Assembly: GCA_965222115.1 (NCBI GenBank)
Contig: CBDCTJ010000007.1
Coordinates: 2,784,001-2,848,000, forward strand
Reading direction: 5' to 3'
Length of the DNA: 64,000 nucleotides
Source: Planctomycetota bacterium
Lineage (GTDB): Bacteria; Planctomycetota; PLA2; JAEUHO01
The notes under the pieces were generated by a model that saw nothing but the letters and a program-made list of their open reading frames with translations, did no database searches and had not been told where the DNA came from. The position numbers and the translations under genes were made by a program. Below, in pieces: positions 1 through 10,218 of this stretch (the first letter of the stretch is position 1; each line of letters opens with the position of its first letter).

Positions 1-43
1 GATTCAGGGCATGGTAGCCCGGACGATTCGTGAAGAGTCCGGG

Positions 44-451
44 TTAGAGGCCATGTTGGGCCAACCGAGCTACGAGCGTCGAGCGATCAAAGGCCGAACT
101 CTCCTCCCCGGGGACGCGGTAAGAGTCACTGTCCTCGTGATGGGTGCTGAACTCAATGATCTCTGAGTCTTCCAGTCCCCAGAAGCGGTGTTCGACGCCA
201 ACAGGAATGTGGTGGTGGTCACCGGGACGCATGACGCGCTCGCCGTCCCCCAACTCAAGGAATACCAGTCCCCGCGCGACGTAAAACGTCTCGTCTTTGA
301 TCTTGTGAAAGTGCAGGCTGCAGCGATAGCCCTTCTTGAGCATGAGACGCTTACCGCAATAGGCCGCGTTGACCAGCCAATGCTCCTCGCCCCACACCTT
401 CTGAACGCGTTTGGCCGGGGTCTGGGAAAGCACATTCTTCATCGAACTCAT
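44..451 (-). CDS. Cupin-domain protein (sugar isomerase-like)
   Basis: KVWGEEHW, SLHFHKIKDETFYV and HIPVGVEHRF cupin motifs; ATG at 451 chosen within ORF 44..502. Confidence 0.8.
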   Translation of the reverse strand: MSSMKNVLSQTPAKRVQKVWGEEHWLVNAAYCGKRLMLKKGYRCSLHFHKIKDETFYVARGLVFLELGDGERVMRPGDHHHIPVGVEHRFWGLEDSEIIEFSTHHEDSDSYRVPGEESSAFDRSTLVARLAQHGL

Positions 452-579
452 GCGAGGGTCCCGATACGCGTGTCGACTGCACCTGACACAAGCAACAGTC
501 ACTCGTCTAGTCTCGCACCTACCGGGGGCGCCGCAAGGACTTCATTTTGCCCGAGATCCCCTTGATCAAGTAGTCCGGC

Positions 580-1905
580 CTAGCTCGCCACGCTCGACGT
601 ACGGATCAACGCCTGAATCAGCGCGGGAAAGGGGAGGCCTGCCACGGCAGCCGCCTGAGGCACCAAGCCGCGAGACGTCATGCCCGGGAGCGTATTGACC
701 TCAAGAACGGTTAGCTCACCCTCGGGTGTCAACATCAGATCCGTACGGGAGAGACCTCGCAGGCCAAGAATTTGGTGCACCACGCGACCAAGGGCTTGCG
801 CTTCATCCGCAAGGTCGTCCGAAATGGGCGCCGGGCAGATTTCTTCGGCGCCCTGCGTGCTGTATTTTTCGTGATAGTCGAAGAACTGACCACTGCGGGG
901 CCGAATCTCAACGATTGGCAAACTTGTTAGTCCATCGACGACAACCCCGTCTGGACATGGCGCCCCCTCTAGCACACCGGCTGTAAGCTCGCGCCCCTCG
1001 ACAAAGCGTTCGATCAAGAGCGAGTCCGCCTCGGGGGCCAACTCGTCAATGACGGCTGTGGCTTCTCCGGCATCTCGAACAAGTCGAACTTCTAGCGTGC
1101 TGCCGCCGCACGGATTCTTAATCACAAGCGGTAGACCAAATGCTTCAAGCCATTGATCCACATGGTTGGTTCTTGATGCTAGTACATCCGACGTCTTGGC
1201 AACGAGGAAGTCGGGTGTGGGAATGCCGTGAAACGAGAGCACTTCCTTCGTTCGCACCTTGTCAAACGCCAGGGCACTTCCCTTAACACCGCTGCCTACA
1301 AACGAGAGCCCCGCCGCGCGCAAGCAAGCCTGGATGGTTCCATCCTCGCCAAACGCACCGTGAAGGACGGGAATCACAATGTCGACGCACCAATCTTTGA
1401 GCGCCGATATGCCATCCCATACGCCGTCGTAGGATCGCCAGCCTTCCGTCTGCCGTGGATCGAATCTGGACGTGGGTTGTGGCGCTCCAGAATGGCGCCT
1501 CCCCACTCGCGCATGACTCCCGCGAGGCAGCGCGCGCAATTCCGACACAGCCTGCGTAGACGTAGATCCAGAACTCTCGGCGCGCCATCCCTTTGGCGGC
1601 GTCAACCAACGACCGTCGCGCCCAATGACAAAGGGTCGAACCGCGAAGTGGCGCTGAAAGAGGGCGGCGACCACATTGGCACCGCCTTGCAGACTGACTT
1701 CGTGTTCGCTGCTGGGTCCGCCCATGAGGACAGCGATACGAATGCCATCGGCTCGACGCGCACCGCCTCGCTCGCGTGCATCGCGCGCCCGGCGATCGCG
1801 ATAGGAAGCGGGATTGGGTCGCACGCAGCTCTCCTGTGGATTCGAGGTCCCCTTACTTTGGATCGGCTCTCCGACAGGGCCACTGGCGTCAGCTTTTCCA
1901 TTCAA
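580..1905 (-). CDS. ddl: D-alanine--D-alanine ligase
   Basis: IAVLMGGPSSEHEVSL, LHGAFGEDGTIQ, FFDYHEKY, LEVNTLPGMT motifs; start uncertain (N-terminal extension). Confidence 0.93.
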   Translation of the reverse strand: MNGKADASGPVGEPIQSKGTSNPQESCVRPNPASYRDRRARDARERGGARRADGIRIAVLMGGPSSEHEVSLQGGANVVAALFQRHFAVRPFVIGRDGRWLTPPKGWRAESSGSTSTQAVSELRALPRGSHARVGRRHSGAPQPTSRFDPRQTEGWRSYDGVWDGISALKDWCVDIVIPVLHGAFGEDGTIQACLRAAGLSFVGSGVKGSALAFDKVRTKEVLSFHGIPTPDFLVAKTSDVLASRTNHVDQWLEAFGLPLVIKNPCGGSTLEVRLVRDAGEATAVIDELAPEADSLLIERFVEGRELTAGVLEGAPCPDGVVVDGLTSLPIVEIRPRSGQFFDYHEKYSTQGAEEICPAPISDDLADEAQALGRVVHQILGLRGLSRTDLMLTPEGELTVLEVNTLPGMTSRGLVPQAAAVAGLPFPALIQALIRTSSVAS

Positions 1906-1935
1906 TGCGAGCGTCGCAAGGGCTGAATGGCGAAT

Positions 1936-3261
1936 CTACTGCGAATCCACTTGATGGGCTTCGGACCCGTCGAGTTCTCGCGGGCGAAGGGCGATGGGAA
2001 ATGTGGGCTCCCGTCCGAGTTCGTTGTGCCATCGCACGACTTCCTCGCCGACGAGTGCTTGAGCCGACGCGAGACTGTCCACGCCCGTCGCGTGCTTCAC
2101 CGGCGCAAACTCCCACGCGCGACAGACCTCATGTACTTCGAGACGAGGCGCCTCGGGCAAGATGTCGAAGATGAACCGCTCAAGCTTGGTGGCATTGGGA
2201 GCGGTGGGATGCACAAGGCCGGTGGCCTTGGTCCAGTAGGGCGACTTCTTTGTCGCGCGATGCAGTGGCCCCACATAACCGCCCGCATACGTGGCTTGCA
2301 GCCAGCGCAGGCTCATGGCGTGGATCGCGATACTCCCGAGGGTCAGATCGTCCGCGCCCTCATCGGGCAACTCGGAGTACTCGACAATTCGGTGGCGCCC
2401 CTGCAGGTCGCGCGCGAATACCCCAACGCGTTCATCCGGGGACGCCTTGGCCACCGCTTTGGTCACCACGTGAGCCCGGCGTTCTAGCATCCAGCCCAGC
2501 ATCACGGGATCGAGTGGACGCGCCAGTGGATTGTCCACTTGAAACGTAGAGATCACCTCAACGCCCGCGTCGAGCAGACGATCCATCGCGCCAAAACGAT
2601 GTAGCGCCGTGTGAGCGCCGCCGTGGCCGTCGGGTGCGGTGGCGAGTTCCCCGGGTGCCGCCAACAATGCTCGACCGTCCGCGTCAAAGCAGGGGAGCCG
2701 GCCTTGCACGAGGATCGTGGTTTGATCCGGCTGGAGACCGAAGGAAGTGCCGTGTTTGCTGAACGTTTCGCGTGTTGCTGCTTCGGTGGCCTCATTGACC
2801 AGCACGAGCAACGGAACGGCATGGCCGGTGCGTTCGCTCCAGCGCGCAACGCGCTCGGCATGAATGCGATAGAGCGTTCGACCTGCGTCGGGCCCGAACT
2901 CGACATTGCCCTTGGGCCCATCAAGGCCCAGCCGCGTGCCCTGACCGCCTGCCAGCAAGAAGGCCGCCACTTTCCCCTTGTGTAGGAGTTCGAGGCCGCG
3001 ACGTGCAAGGCGTGCGCGCAACCCACCCTCCGCTCGTTGCCGCTTCCAACGCAGTGCAATGGGTGGACGCAAAACAGCGCTGCTAGCAGGCGCGGGGGCA
3101 TGTAGCGCGGCGTGGCATTCGGTCCACGGCACCCGCGCGAGTTGCTCTTGAAACCGGGCACGTGCCGCATCGCTGAGCGTAGCTACGTGCGAAAGCAGAT
3201 GCGATTGCTCGGCGGCGCGAAGCTGCTGCGCTAATGAGTCGTCAATCACAGTTATTGTCAA
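1936..3261 (-). CDS. UDPGP-family nucleotidyltransferase (UDP-GlcNAc/UDP-glucose pyrophosphorylase, UAP1-like)
   Basis: LLAGGQGTRLG..GPKG, PDGHGG, QVDNPL, IVEYSE, KLERFIFD, EFAPVK motifs. Confidence 0.88.
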   Translation of the reverse strand: MTITVIDDSLAQQLRAAEQSHLLSHVATLSDAARARFQEQLARVPWTECHAALHAPAPASSAVLRPPIALRWKRQRAEGGLRARLARRGLELLHKGKVAAFLLAGGQGTRLGLDGPKGNVEFGPDAGRTLYRIHAERVARWSERTGHAVPLLVLVNEATEAATRETFSKHGTSFGLQPDQTTILVQGRLPCFDADGRALLAAPGELATAPDGHGGAHTALHRFGAMDRLLDAGVEVISTFQVDNPLARPLDPVMLGWMLERRAHVVTKAVAKASPDERVGVFARDLQGRHRIVEYSELPDEGADDLTLGSIAIHAMSLRWLQATYAGGYVGPLHRATKKSPYWTKATGLVHPTAPNATKLERFIFDILPEAPRLEVHEVCRAWEFAPVKHATGVDSLASAQALVGEEVVRWHNELGREPTFPIALRPRELDGSEAHQVDSQ

Positions 3262-3364
3262 TTGCTCGTATTGTCTATAGCTCGCTGCGTGTGCCGATCT
3301 AGCGCTGCTTTCGAAGCATCGACAAGAGCGCTAAGCCACGCTGGCGCCACCCGCTATTCTACAC

Positions 3365-3609
3365 CTTGCCGAAGGCAACGGTGACCCTAAATCTTGCCGA
3401 AGGCAACGGTAACCCTAAATCTTGCCGAAGGCAACGGTAACCCTAAATCTTGCCGAAGGCAACGGTAACCCTAAATCTTGCCGAAGGCAACGGTAACCCT
3501 AAATCTTGCCGAAGGCAACGGTAACCCTAAATCTTGCCGAAGGCAACGGTAACCCTAAATCTTGCCGAAGGCAACGGTAACCCTAAATCTTGCCGAAGGC
3601 AACGGTAAC
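3365..3609. repeat. 28-bp tandem repeat, ~8.75 copies, derived from the fabF 3' end
   Basis: Unit CTTGCCGAAGGCAACGGTAACCCTAAAT; first copy has one A>G change; no spacers. Confidence 0.97.
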
Positions 3610-4842
3610 ATTGTGGCCGCCAAAGCCTAGGCTGTTGCTCAATGCGTAGTTGATCTTGAGATCACGCGCTTCATTGGGAATGTAGTCGAGGTCACATTCA
3701 GGATCGGATTCGAACTGGTTGATGGTGGGATGAACCTTGCCCTCAGAGATGCTCATGGCCGTGAACACAGCTTCCACGCCGCCGGAACCGCCCAACAAGT
3801 GTCCTACCATGGACTTGCTCGATGAGATACAGAGCTTGTAGGCGTGATCGCCAAACACGCTCTTGATCGCCGAAGTCTCTGCAGCATCGTTGAGCGCCGT
3901 GCTTGTGCCGTGGGCATTGATGTAATCGATCGTGTCCGGATTGAGCTTGGCGTCCTTGAGTGACAGGTCCATGGCGCGCATGGGGCCAATTCCGCCTGGC
4001 GCGGGTGCGGTAATGTGGTGCGCGTCGGCTGACATACCCGCACCCAACACCTCACAATAGATCTTGGCGCCGCGCTTCTTCGCGTGCTCGTACTCTTCGA
4101 ACACCAACATGCCCGAGCCTTCGCCCATAACGAAACCGTCGCGGTTCTTATCAAAGGGGCGACTGGCTTCTGTCGGCTTGTCATTCCTTCGGGACATGGC
4201 GCGCATGGCATTGAATCCGGCCATGCCCATGGAAGTAATGGTGGCCTCCGTACCGCCCGTTATGCACACGTCCTGTTCGTCCGTGCGAATGCTTCGAAGC
4301 GCTAACGCCATGGCGTGATTGCTTGAGGCGCACGCACTTGCGGTAATGAACGAGGGACCTTGCAAGCCAAAGCGTATGCTCAAGTTGCCTGCAATGGCAT
4401 TCGGCATCATCTTGGGCACAAAGAACGCACTCACGCGTTGTGGCCCCTTTTCCATGATCTTGGTGTGGGTCTGTTCTATTGAGTCCAGACCGCCAATGCC
4501 CGTACCTACGATGGCGCCCGCGCGCTCCGCTTGAAAGGCGTCGCCCTTTTCATTGTCAGGCGAAACAAAGCCCGCGTCGGCCCACGCCTTATCGGCCGCC
4601 GCGATGCCATAGAGCACGCTTAGGTCGAGCTTCTTGATGTTGCGCGCTTGGACGTAGTCGGTGGGCTCGTAGCCTTTGAGTTCGCCCGCAATCAAGCAGG
4701 GCATTTCCATGCCGACGGCGTCAAAACGCGAGATACGTGCGATGCCACTCTCGCCGCGAACAACGCGCCCCCACGACTCGCTCACGCTGAGCCCGCAGGG
4801 GTTGACGGTGCCCAATCCGGTAATGACAACGCGACGGCGCAT
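3583..4842 (-). CDS. fabF: 3-oxoacyl-ACP synthase II
   Basis: RRVVITGLG, SACASS (catalytic Cys), NAHGTST, GHLLG, SNSLGFGG. Confidence 0.97.
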   Translation of the reverse strand: MRRRVVITGLGTVNPCGLSVSESWGRVVRGESGIARISRFDAVGMEMPCLIAGELKGYEPTDYVQARNIKKLDLSVLYGIAAADKAWADAGFVSPDNEKGDAFQAERAGAIVGTGIGGLDSIEQTHTKIMEKGPQRVSAFFVPKMMPNAIAGNLSIRFGLQGPSFITASACASSNHAMALALRSIRTDEQDVCITGGTEATITSMGMAGFNAMRAMSRRNDKPTEASRPFDKNRDGFVMGEGSGMLVFEEYEHAKKRGAKIYCEVLGAGMSADAHHITAPAPGGIGPMRAMDLSLKDAKLNPDTIDYINAHGTSTALNDAAETSAIKSVFGDHAYKLCISSSKSMVGHLLGGSGGVEAVFTAMSISEGKVHPTINQFESDPECDLDYIPNEARDLKINYALSNSLGFGGHNVTVAFGKI

Positions 4843-4904
4843 GCGGTACTACCCATCCTTTCGACGTGCTCAAAAAGCGGCGCGCGCTTCACGAATCAAT
4901 CGGG

Positions 4905-5153
4905 CTAATCTTCTTTGTCGAGGTGCTCTTCGATGTAGCGAACCGCATCGCCGACGGTCTTGATTTTCTCGGCCTCTTCATCGGGAATGCTGGTCTTGAA
5001 CACGTCTTCAAGCTCCATCACAAGCTCGACCGTGTCGAGGCTGTCGGCGCCGAGATCTTCGATGAATGACGTTGACTCGGTGACCTTGTCTTCGCTCTGA
5101 CCCATCTGTTCACAGACGATCTTAATGACTTTTTCCTTGATGCTCTCGCCCAT
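4905..5153 (-). CDS. acpP: Acyl carrier protein
   Basis: [14 protein letters not shown]; AGGAG RBS upstream of the ATG at 5153. Confidence 0.97.
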   Translation of the reverse strand: MGESIKEKVIKIVCEQMGQSEDKVTESTSFIEDLGADSLDTVELVMELEDVFKTSIPDEEAEKIKTVGDAVRYIEEHLDKED

Positions 5154-5420
5154 GGCAAATCTCCTAGAACTGAATCGCCACCGAATCGGGGCTCCGCGTT
5201 GCACAGCAAACCCGTGTTCGCGGTGCGGTCAATGGGAATCCTCGATCAGCGACCGCAACTTGCGCGGCGGGCGCAAGAAACCATCCCCGGCAGGGATTCA
5301 CAAGCATGATCGCCGGACCGTACCCGGAAATCCGCGCATGCGGACGCATTCGCCCCGGTGGGCCCAAAAAACACGCCGCAGACAGCCGCTCCGGGCTCGG
5401 ACGCCATTCGTCGGGTCCGA

Positions 5421-6173
5421 CTATGTGATCATGCCGCCGTCCACCGGCAACACTTGCCCCGTGATGTATCCCGCACCGCTCGATGCCAGAAACACCACCG
5501 CCTGAGCCACGTCCTCGGCATCACCGAGGCGCGCCAAAGGGATGCGACTCATGAGCTCGTCCGCCGCGCCGTCTGGAAGGCCTGCGGTCATGTCGGTCCT
5601 GATGAATCCGGGCGCAATAGCGTTCACCGTGACGCTGCGGCCTGCCAGTTCTTTGGCGGTCGCTTTCGTGAAACCAATGATGCCAGCCTTGCTAGCGGCG
5701 TAGTTGGACTGTCCCGCATTGCCGGTGACCCCCACCACCGACGTGATGTTGATAATGCGCCCGCGTCTACTTTTCATGATGCGTCGGCACGCGGCGCGGG
5801 TCATCTGAAAGGTGCCCGTGAGATTCACGTCGAGCACGCGTTGCCAGTCTTCATCGGACATACGCATCAAAATGCCGTCCCGCGTAATGCCCGCGTTGTT
5901 GACGAGAATGTCCAGTCCCCCGCCGTGCTCAACGGCAGCGGCAACGGCGGCGTCTGCGTCTTCACGCTTGCTCACGTCGCTTGCCTGAAAGCAAACACGT
6001 GTCGCGTCACTGCACGTCGCAATGGTTTCCTTAGCGGCTTCGGCGTTTGTTCCCGTGAATAACACCTTGGCACCCTGATCGACGAGCGCCTTTACGATGG
6101 CGCGCCCAATACCACGCGTGCCACCCGTTACGAGCGCCGATGCGCCTTCTACATGCATGAACGGCGTCGTCAC
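5421..6173 (-). CDS. fabG: 3-oxoacyl-ACP reductase
   Basis: TGGTRGIG, NNAGITRD, YAASKAG, GQVLPVDGG. Confidence 0.96.
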   Translation of the reverse strand: MTTPFMHVEGASALVTGGTRGIGRAIVKALVDQGAKVLFTGTNAEAAKETIATCSDATRVCFQASDVSKREDADAAVAAAVEHGGGLDILVNNAGITRDGILMRMSDEDWQRVLDVNLTGTFQMTRAACRRIMKSRRGRIINITSVVGVTGNAGQSNYAASKAGIIGFTKATAKELAGRSVTVNAIAPGFIRTDMTAGLPDGAADELMSRIPLARLGDAEDVAQAVVFLASSGAGYITGQVLPVDGGMIT

Positions 6174-7135
6174 TGCGCGCTCCTCTCAGATTGGTTGTTG
6201 ATAAACTCGTCGAGCGCCTCGGTCGACGAGACATTGGTAACGGGCATATCGTCGAGGATGCGACGTACCAATGCACTGAGTACACGCCCGGGCGCTGATT
6301 CGATCATGGTTGCCACCTTCATGGACGCTGCGTGGCGCACGCAGTCCATGAACAAGACCGGGCTTGTCACCTGACGAATCACATTGGCGCGCAATACATT
6401 GGCGTCGGTCGATGCTTCCGCCGTGACATTGGAAATGACCGGTACGCGCGGCGTTTCAACGGTGACGTGGTCAAGCGCAGCCTCGAGACGTTTGGCTCCC
6501 GGTGCCATGAGGGAACTATGGAAAGCGCCCGCAACCTGTAGGCGGCGCGGGCGGCGAATGCCTTCGTCGGTCGCAATCCGCTCGGCCGCTTCCAAGCTCG
6601 GCGCATCCCCACTAATGACGACTTGCCCGGGGGCATTCAAGTTGGCAACCCCACATACGCCGCCCGTTTCTTCACGAACGGCCGTACACACTGTCTCGGC
6701 CTGTTCGCGTTCGCAGCGCAAAGCAAGCAGGCCCGACGGCGTGGCTTCGCTTGCCTCTTGCATACCGATGCCACGTTCACGCACCAGAGTGAGGGCGTCG
6801 CGCAACGACAGGGCGCCCGCCGCCCAAAGTGCCGTGAACTCGCCGAGGCTCAAACCGAAACAGACAACCGTATCGTCGTCGGACAACGCGCCCGCCTCAC
6901 GCATCGCCTCCACCGTGGCCGCGCCTGCGGCCAAAATCGCCGGTTGTTGGATGTCGGTGCGTACGAGCGCCTTGAGTGGTCCCTCGCGACAGAGCGTGAG
7001 TAGGTCAATCTCCAAGACATCGGAGGCTTCAGCGAATACCGCCGCGGCGCGCTCGTAGCGGTCCGCAAAATCGACACCCATGCCAACGTGCTGGGCGCCT
7101 TGGCCCGGAAAGATCAACGCGGCGCGACGGCTCAT
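6170..7135 (-). CDS. fabD: ACP S-malonyltransferase
   Basis: FPGQGAQ, GLSLGEF, AGAFHS. Confidence 0.95.
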   Translation of the reverse strand: MSRRAALIFPGQGAQHVGMGVDFADRYERAAAVFAEASDVLEIDLLTLCREGPLKALVRTDIQQPAILAAGAATVEAMREAGALSDDDTVVCFGLSLGEFTALWAAGALSLRDALTLVRERGIGMQEASEATPSGLLALRCEREQAETVCTAVREETGGVCGVANLNAPGQVVISGDAPSLEAAERIATDEGIRRPRRLQVAGAFHSSLMAPGAKRLEAALDHVTVETPRVPVISNVTAEASTDANVLRANVIRQVTSPVLFMDCVRHAASMKVATMIESAPGRVLSALVRRILDDMPVTNVSSTEALDEFINNQSERSAQ

Positions 7136-8157
7136 GAAGCGGCCCCTCTTAGGTCGGCGGGTGGATCATTGGCGAGACGCTCAACGATGCGCTCGCTCAC
7201 ACGCCCAAGAACAAATTTTCGAATGGCTCCGACGGCACTTGTGAAGGCGTGCGCACGGCTTCGCCCGTGACCAATCATGTAGCCGCCTCGAACGCCAAGC
7301 AAGGGGGCGCCGCCGTATTCGGAATAGTCCACACTTTGGATCATGCTGGCGAGGATTTCCTTGGGATTGATGCCCTTGATCTTCGCAAGGATGGGCGCTA
7401 AACCCGCAAGGACAAACTCCGCCATCGCTTCCGCGGATTTGAGCGCGATGTTTCCCACGAATCCATCCGCAACAACAACGTCGGCATAGTCCGTAAACAA
7501 CTGACGCGGCTCGACGTTGCCGATGAAACCGGGCACGGGGTTGGCACGAAATGCCTCCCACGCGGCTTCCACCATGCGGTTGCCCTTGTGCTCTTCTTCG
7601 CCAATCGACAGAATGCCAATCTTGGGCGATGCAGTATCAAAGGCGGCACGGACATATTCCGAACCCATGGCGGCATATTGGTGGAGATGGCTTGGCCGCG
7701 CATCGGGGTTGGCGCCGCCGTCAATCACAATCGTGGCGCCTTCGCGCCGAGGAAACGGCACGGCGATGCCGGTGCGCTTTACGCCCTGCAATCGACGGCA
7801 ATACAACGTAGCGGCGGCAACGGCCGCACCCGTGCTACCCATATTGACTACGCCATCGACTTCATCGGCACTCAGCAGTTCTGCGCATACACGCGCGCTG
7901 CATGTGGGATCACTTCGAATGGTGCGTACCGGATCATCGTTCATGCCAACCACGCCGGGTGCTTCGACAACACGGAATCGCGGTTGTAGCGCATCGACGT
8001 CTGTCGCGCGTGCCAACTCCGTCTCAATCGCATCGGGGGCGCCGACGAACGCGAGTTCCACGTCGTCATGAACACGGAGCGCTTGCAGGGCGCCGGCAAC
8101 CGGTTCGGCGGGAGCGAAATCGCCACCCATAGCATCGATGGCGACTCGAATCGGCAT
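7132..8157 (-). CDS. plsX: Phosphate acyltransferase
   Basis: VAIDAMGGDFAP, DGFVGNIALK, YGGAPLLG. Confidence 0.96.
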   Translation of the reverse strand: MPIRVAIDAMGGDFAPAEPVAGALQALRVHDDVELAFVGAPDAIETELARATDVDALQPRFRVVEAPGVVGMNDDPVRTIRSDPTCSARVCAELLSADEVDGVVNMGSTGAAVAAATLYCRRLQGVKRTGIAVPFPRREGATIVIDGGANPDARPSHLHQYAAMGSEYVRAAFDTASPKIGILSIGEEEHKGNRMVEAAWEAFRANPVPGFIGNVEPRQLFTDYADVVVADGFVGNIALKSAEAMAEFVLAGLAPILAKIKGINPKEILASMIQSVDYSEYGGAPLLGVRGGYMIGHGRSRAHAFTSAVGAIRKFVLGRVSERIVERLANDPPADLRGAAS

Positions 8158-8280
8158 CCGTACTCCCTACGCGCGTTGATCTAGCTTCGTCTTGCGGAGT
8201 GAACCCAACACGTAGCCTCAAATGAGAACTGAAGCTTGACGCGCCGCTGGATCCTGTCGGCAGAAACCGCTAGTTCTCTC

Positions 8281-8463
8281 CTACTCGTCTTCTTTGTTGA
8301 AGACTTCGCGACCCCGGTAGTAGCCGCAATTGTCACAGACGCGGTGCCGCGGACCGCGTGTTCCACAACGGGGGCAGTCGCGTAGATTCTTTGCGGTGAG
8401 GGCGTGGTGGGCTGCGCGCATGCGCGTGCGACGCTTGCTCAGCTTGCGCATCGGGACGGCCAT
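8281..8463 (-). CDS. rpmF: 50S ribosomal protein L32
   Basis: MAVPMRKLSKRR..CPRCG..HRVCDNCGYY; upstream of plsX. Confidence 0.96.
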   Translation of the reverse strand: MAVPMRKLSKRRTRMRAAHHALTAKNLRDCPRCGTRGPRHRVCDNCGYYRGREVFNKEDE

Positions 8464-8634
8464 GATCGCTCCTCTGTTTCTTCTGCGTTCTGCTTCCCGT
8501 GGCCGCTTCTGGGCGGCTGCTCGTGGGTGGCGGCGCGGGTTGCGGGTGCTCGTGAGGACGACGAAAACCGTCGACACACGGACGCGGAGATTACCCCTGA
8601 CGTCGGGTAGGTCAAGCGTCCTCGGCGGGTCACC

Positions 8635-10218
8635 TCAGGAAACCGCCTCGGGTGCCCATGACCGCTGCCCGTTAAGTGCCCGTTCGCGCGTGCCCAGTGA
8701 CCGGCAAAGCGCCAGCGCCGCGTCATGTGCCATGTAAGGAATGGTCACGACCGCGCCGTCGTTGCCCCCCGCTACATCGATCCGCATGGTGGCATGGCCG
8801 TAACGTCGATCAAAGGGCGAGTGGTGAATCGAGCTGCCTTGCACACGATGAAAGGGCAAGAGGGTCGTCGCTCGTGTCAATACCCCTCGCTGCCAATGAA
8901 TGCCCCACGGCGAAGTGCACCATCGCATAGCGCGATACGTCGCTCCGGCCCACCACCACGCCAGGGGTACGCCTGTCAATAGCGCGAGTTTGCCCCACGT
9001 CCCGAGCCACAACGCGGCAGGCAACAACAACAGAAGCGAGAGCACGACGCCGCGCTTTCGAAGCCGCCGCTTGGCACCGGCCGCGAGGGACTGCCAGTCC
9101 TCGCCCCCCCACCTGGCGCCATCAAGCACTTGCGGCAGCAAGCCCTCAAGTTGTTCTGTTTTGAGTATGGGTGCGATGCGATGGGTCGCGATCGTGGCGG
9201 CCGTTTCACTGGCGCCTGCCGGCGCCGCAGATGACGCCTGCAATGCGGCGAAGCCAAGCTTTCTAGGAATGAGTGGCGCGTGTACGACCAATGCTTGAAT
9301 GCGCGAGCGTGGCACTGTGGCACGAATTCGCGTCCAGAGTCCGCACGCAACGTGCAGATCGTCGCCATCACGAGTAAGTGTGAATTTGTAGTAGCGTACT
9401 AGCGCCCACAGCACAGACAGGCCAATCAACATCGCTCCGATGACCAAGGCAAACACCGCAACAAATGTCAGCGCGCCCACAACGCCCCGCGCGCTAAGCG
9501 AGTCGTACCACGCGCCGAACGGTAGCGATTCGATGAGGCCGTCGATCGCCCCCGTCTGCTGCACGGCCATATAGGATCCCGCGACGACCGCGAGTCCCTT
9601 GCCGGCAACGAGCCCGAGGATGGCGATGTGATCCCCGGGAACACGGAGGAGAACGTTTTCCGGGGCGGCATCCTGTGTGTGCACCGACGCGGGTCGTTCT
9701 TCGTCGCTCGCGGCCCCTGTCGCTACGTTCGCGCGTGCGACTTCGGCTTGTAGGCGCTCGACATGACGCAAATGAATCACGCGCAGCTTGGCTTCCGCAT
9801 CGGCGCCCGACGCACTCTCAATACGCACTTCGGCCACACGAAAGAACTGATGTATGGGGTTTTGGATAACATTGAGGTTTTGAACGCGGTCCCACGGCAG
9901 ACGCCGGTCCTGCTTCCAAATGAGCCCGGTGCGAATCACCAATTCCTTGGGTTCAATCGTCCAGCGCAGCGATATGTAGCGCGCCAACGACGTAAGAACA
10001 CTGACGCCAAAGATGGTGAGTACAAAGATCAGCAACGCACCCTGGAAGGATCCGAACACCATGAGCACGATGGGGAGTGCCGCACTCCACACCGCTTGAA
10101 TCAAATCAAAGACAAGCGTCGAAGGATGAAGGCGACGCGTTACGGGTTCTACGTTTGCGTGAGCAGATGGCGCAGCGTTAGACACCACCGGCTCCCACAC
10201 CTTCCCCTCGAAGTTCAT
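8635..10218 (-). CDS. Bacterial PH-domain membrane protein (YdbT-like)
   Basis: RRLHP start, repeated bPH_2-like units between TM segments, paired with a YdbS-like gene. Confidence 0.82.
   Translation of the reverse strand: MNFEGKVWEPVVSNAAPSAHANVEPVTRRLHPSTLVFDLIQAVWSAALPIVLMVFGSFQGALLIFVLTIFGVSVLTSLARYISLRWTIEPKELVIRTGLIWKQDRRLPWDRVQNLNVIQNPIHQFFRVAEVRIESASGADAEAKLRVIHLRHVERLQAEVARANVATGAASDEERPASVHTQDAAPENVLLRVPGDHIAILGLVAGKGLAVVAGSYMAVQQTGAIDGLIESLPFGAWYDSLSARGVVGALTFVAVFALVIGAMLIGLSVLWALVRYYKFTLTRDGDDLHVACGLWTRIRATVPRSRIQALVVHAPLIPRKLGFAALQASSAAPAGASETAATIATHRIAPILKTEQLEGLLPQVLDGARWGGEDWQSLAAGAKRRLRKRGVVLSLLLLLPAALWLGTWGKLALLTGVPLAWWWAGATYRAMRWCTSPWGIHWQRGVLTRATTLLPFHRVQGSSIHHSPFDRRYGHATMRIDVAGGNDGAVVTIPYMAHDAALALCRSLGTRERALNGQRSWAPEAVS

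Noticed and set aside
3365-3609. CRISPR array (28-bp palindromic repeat)
   Set aside because: Units are head-to-tail with no spacers, derive from fabF coding sequence, and no cas genes are in the window.
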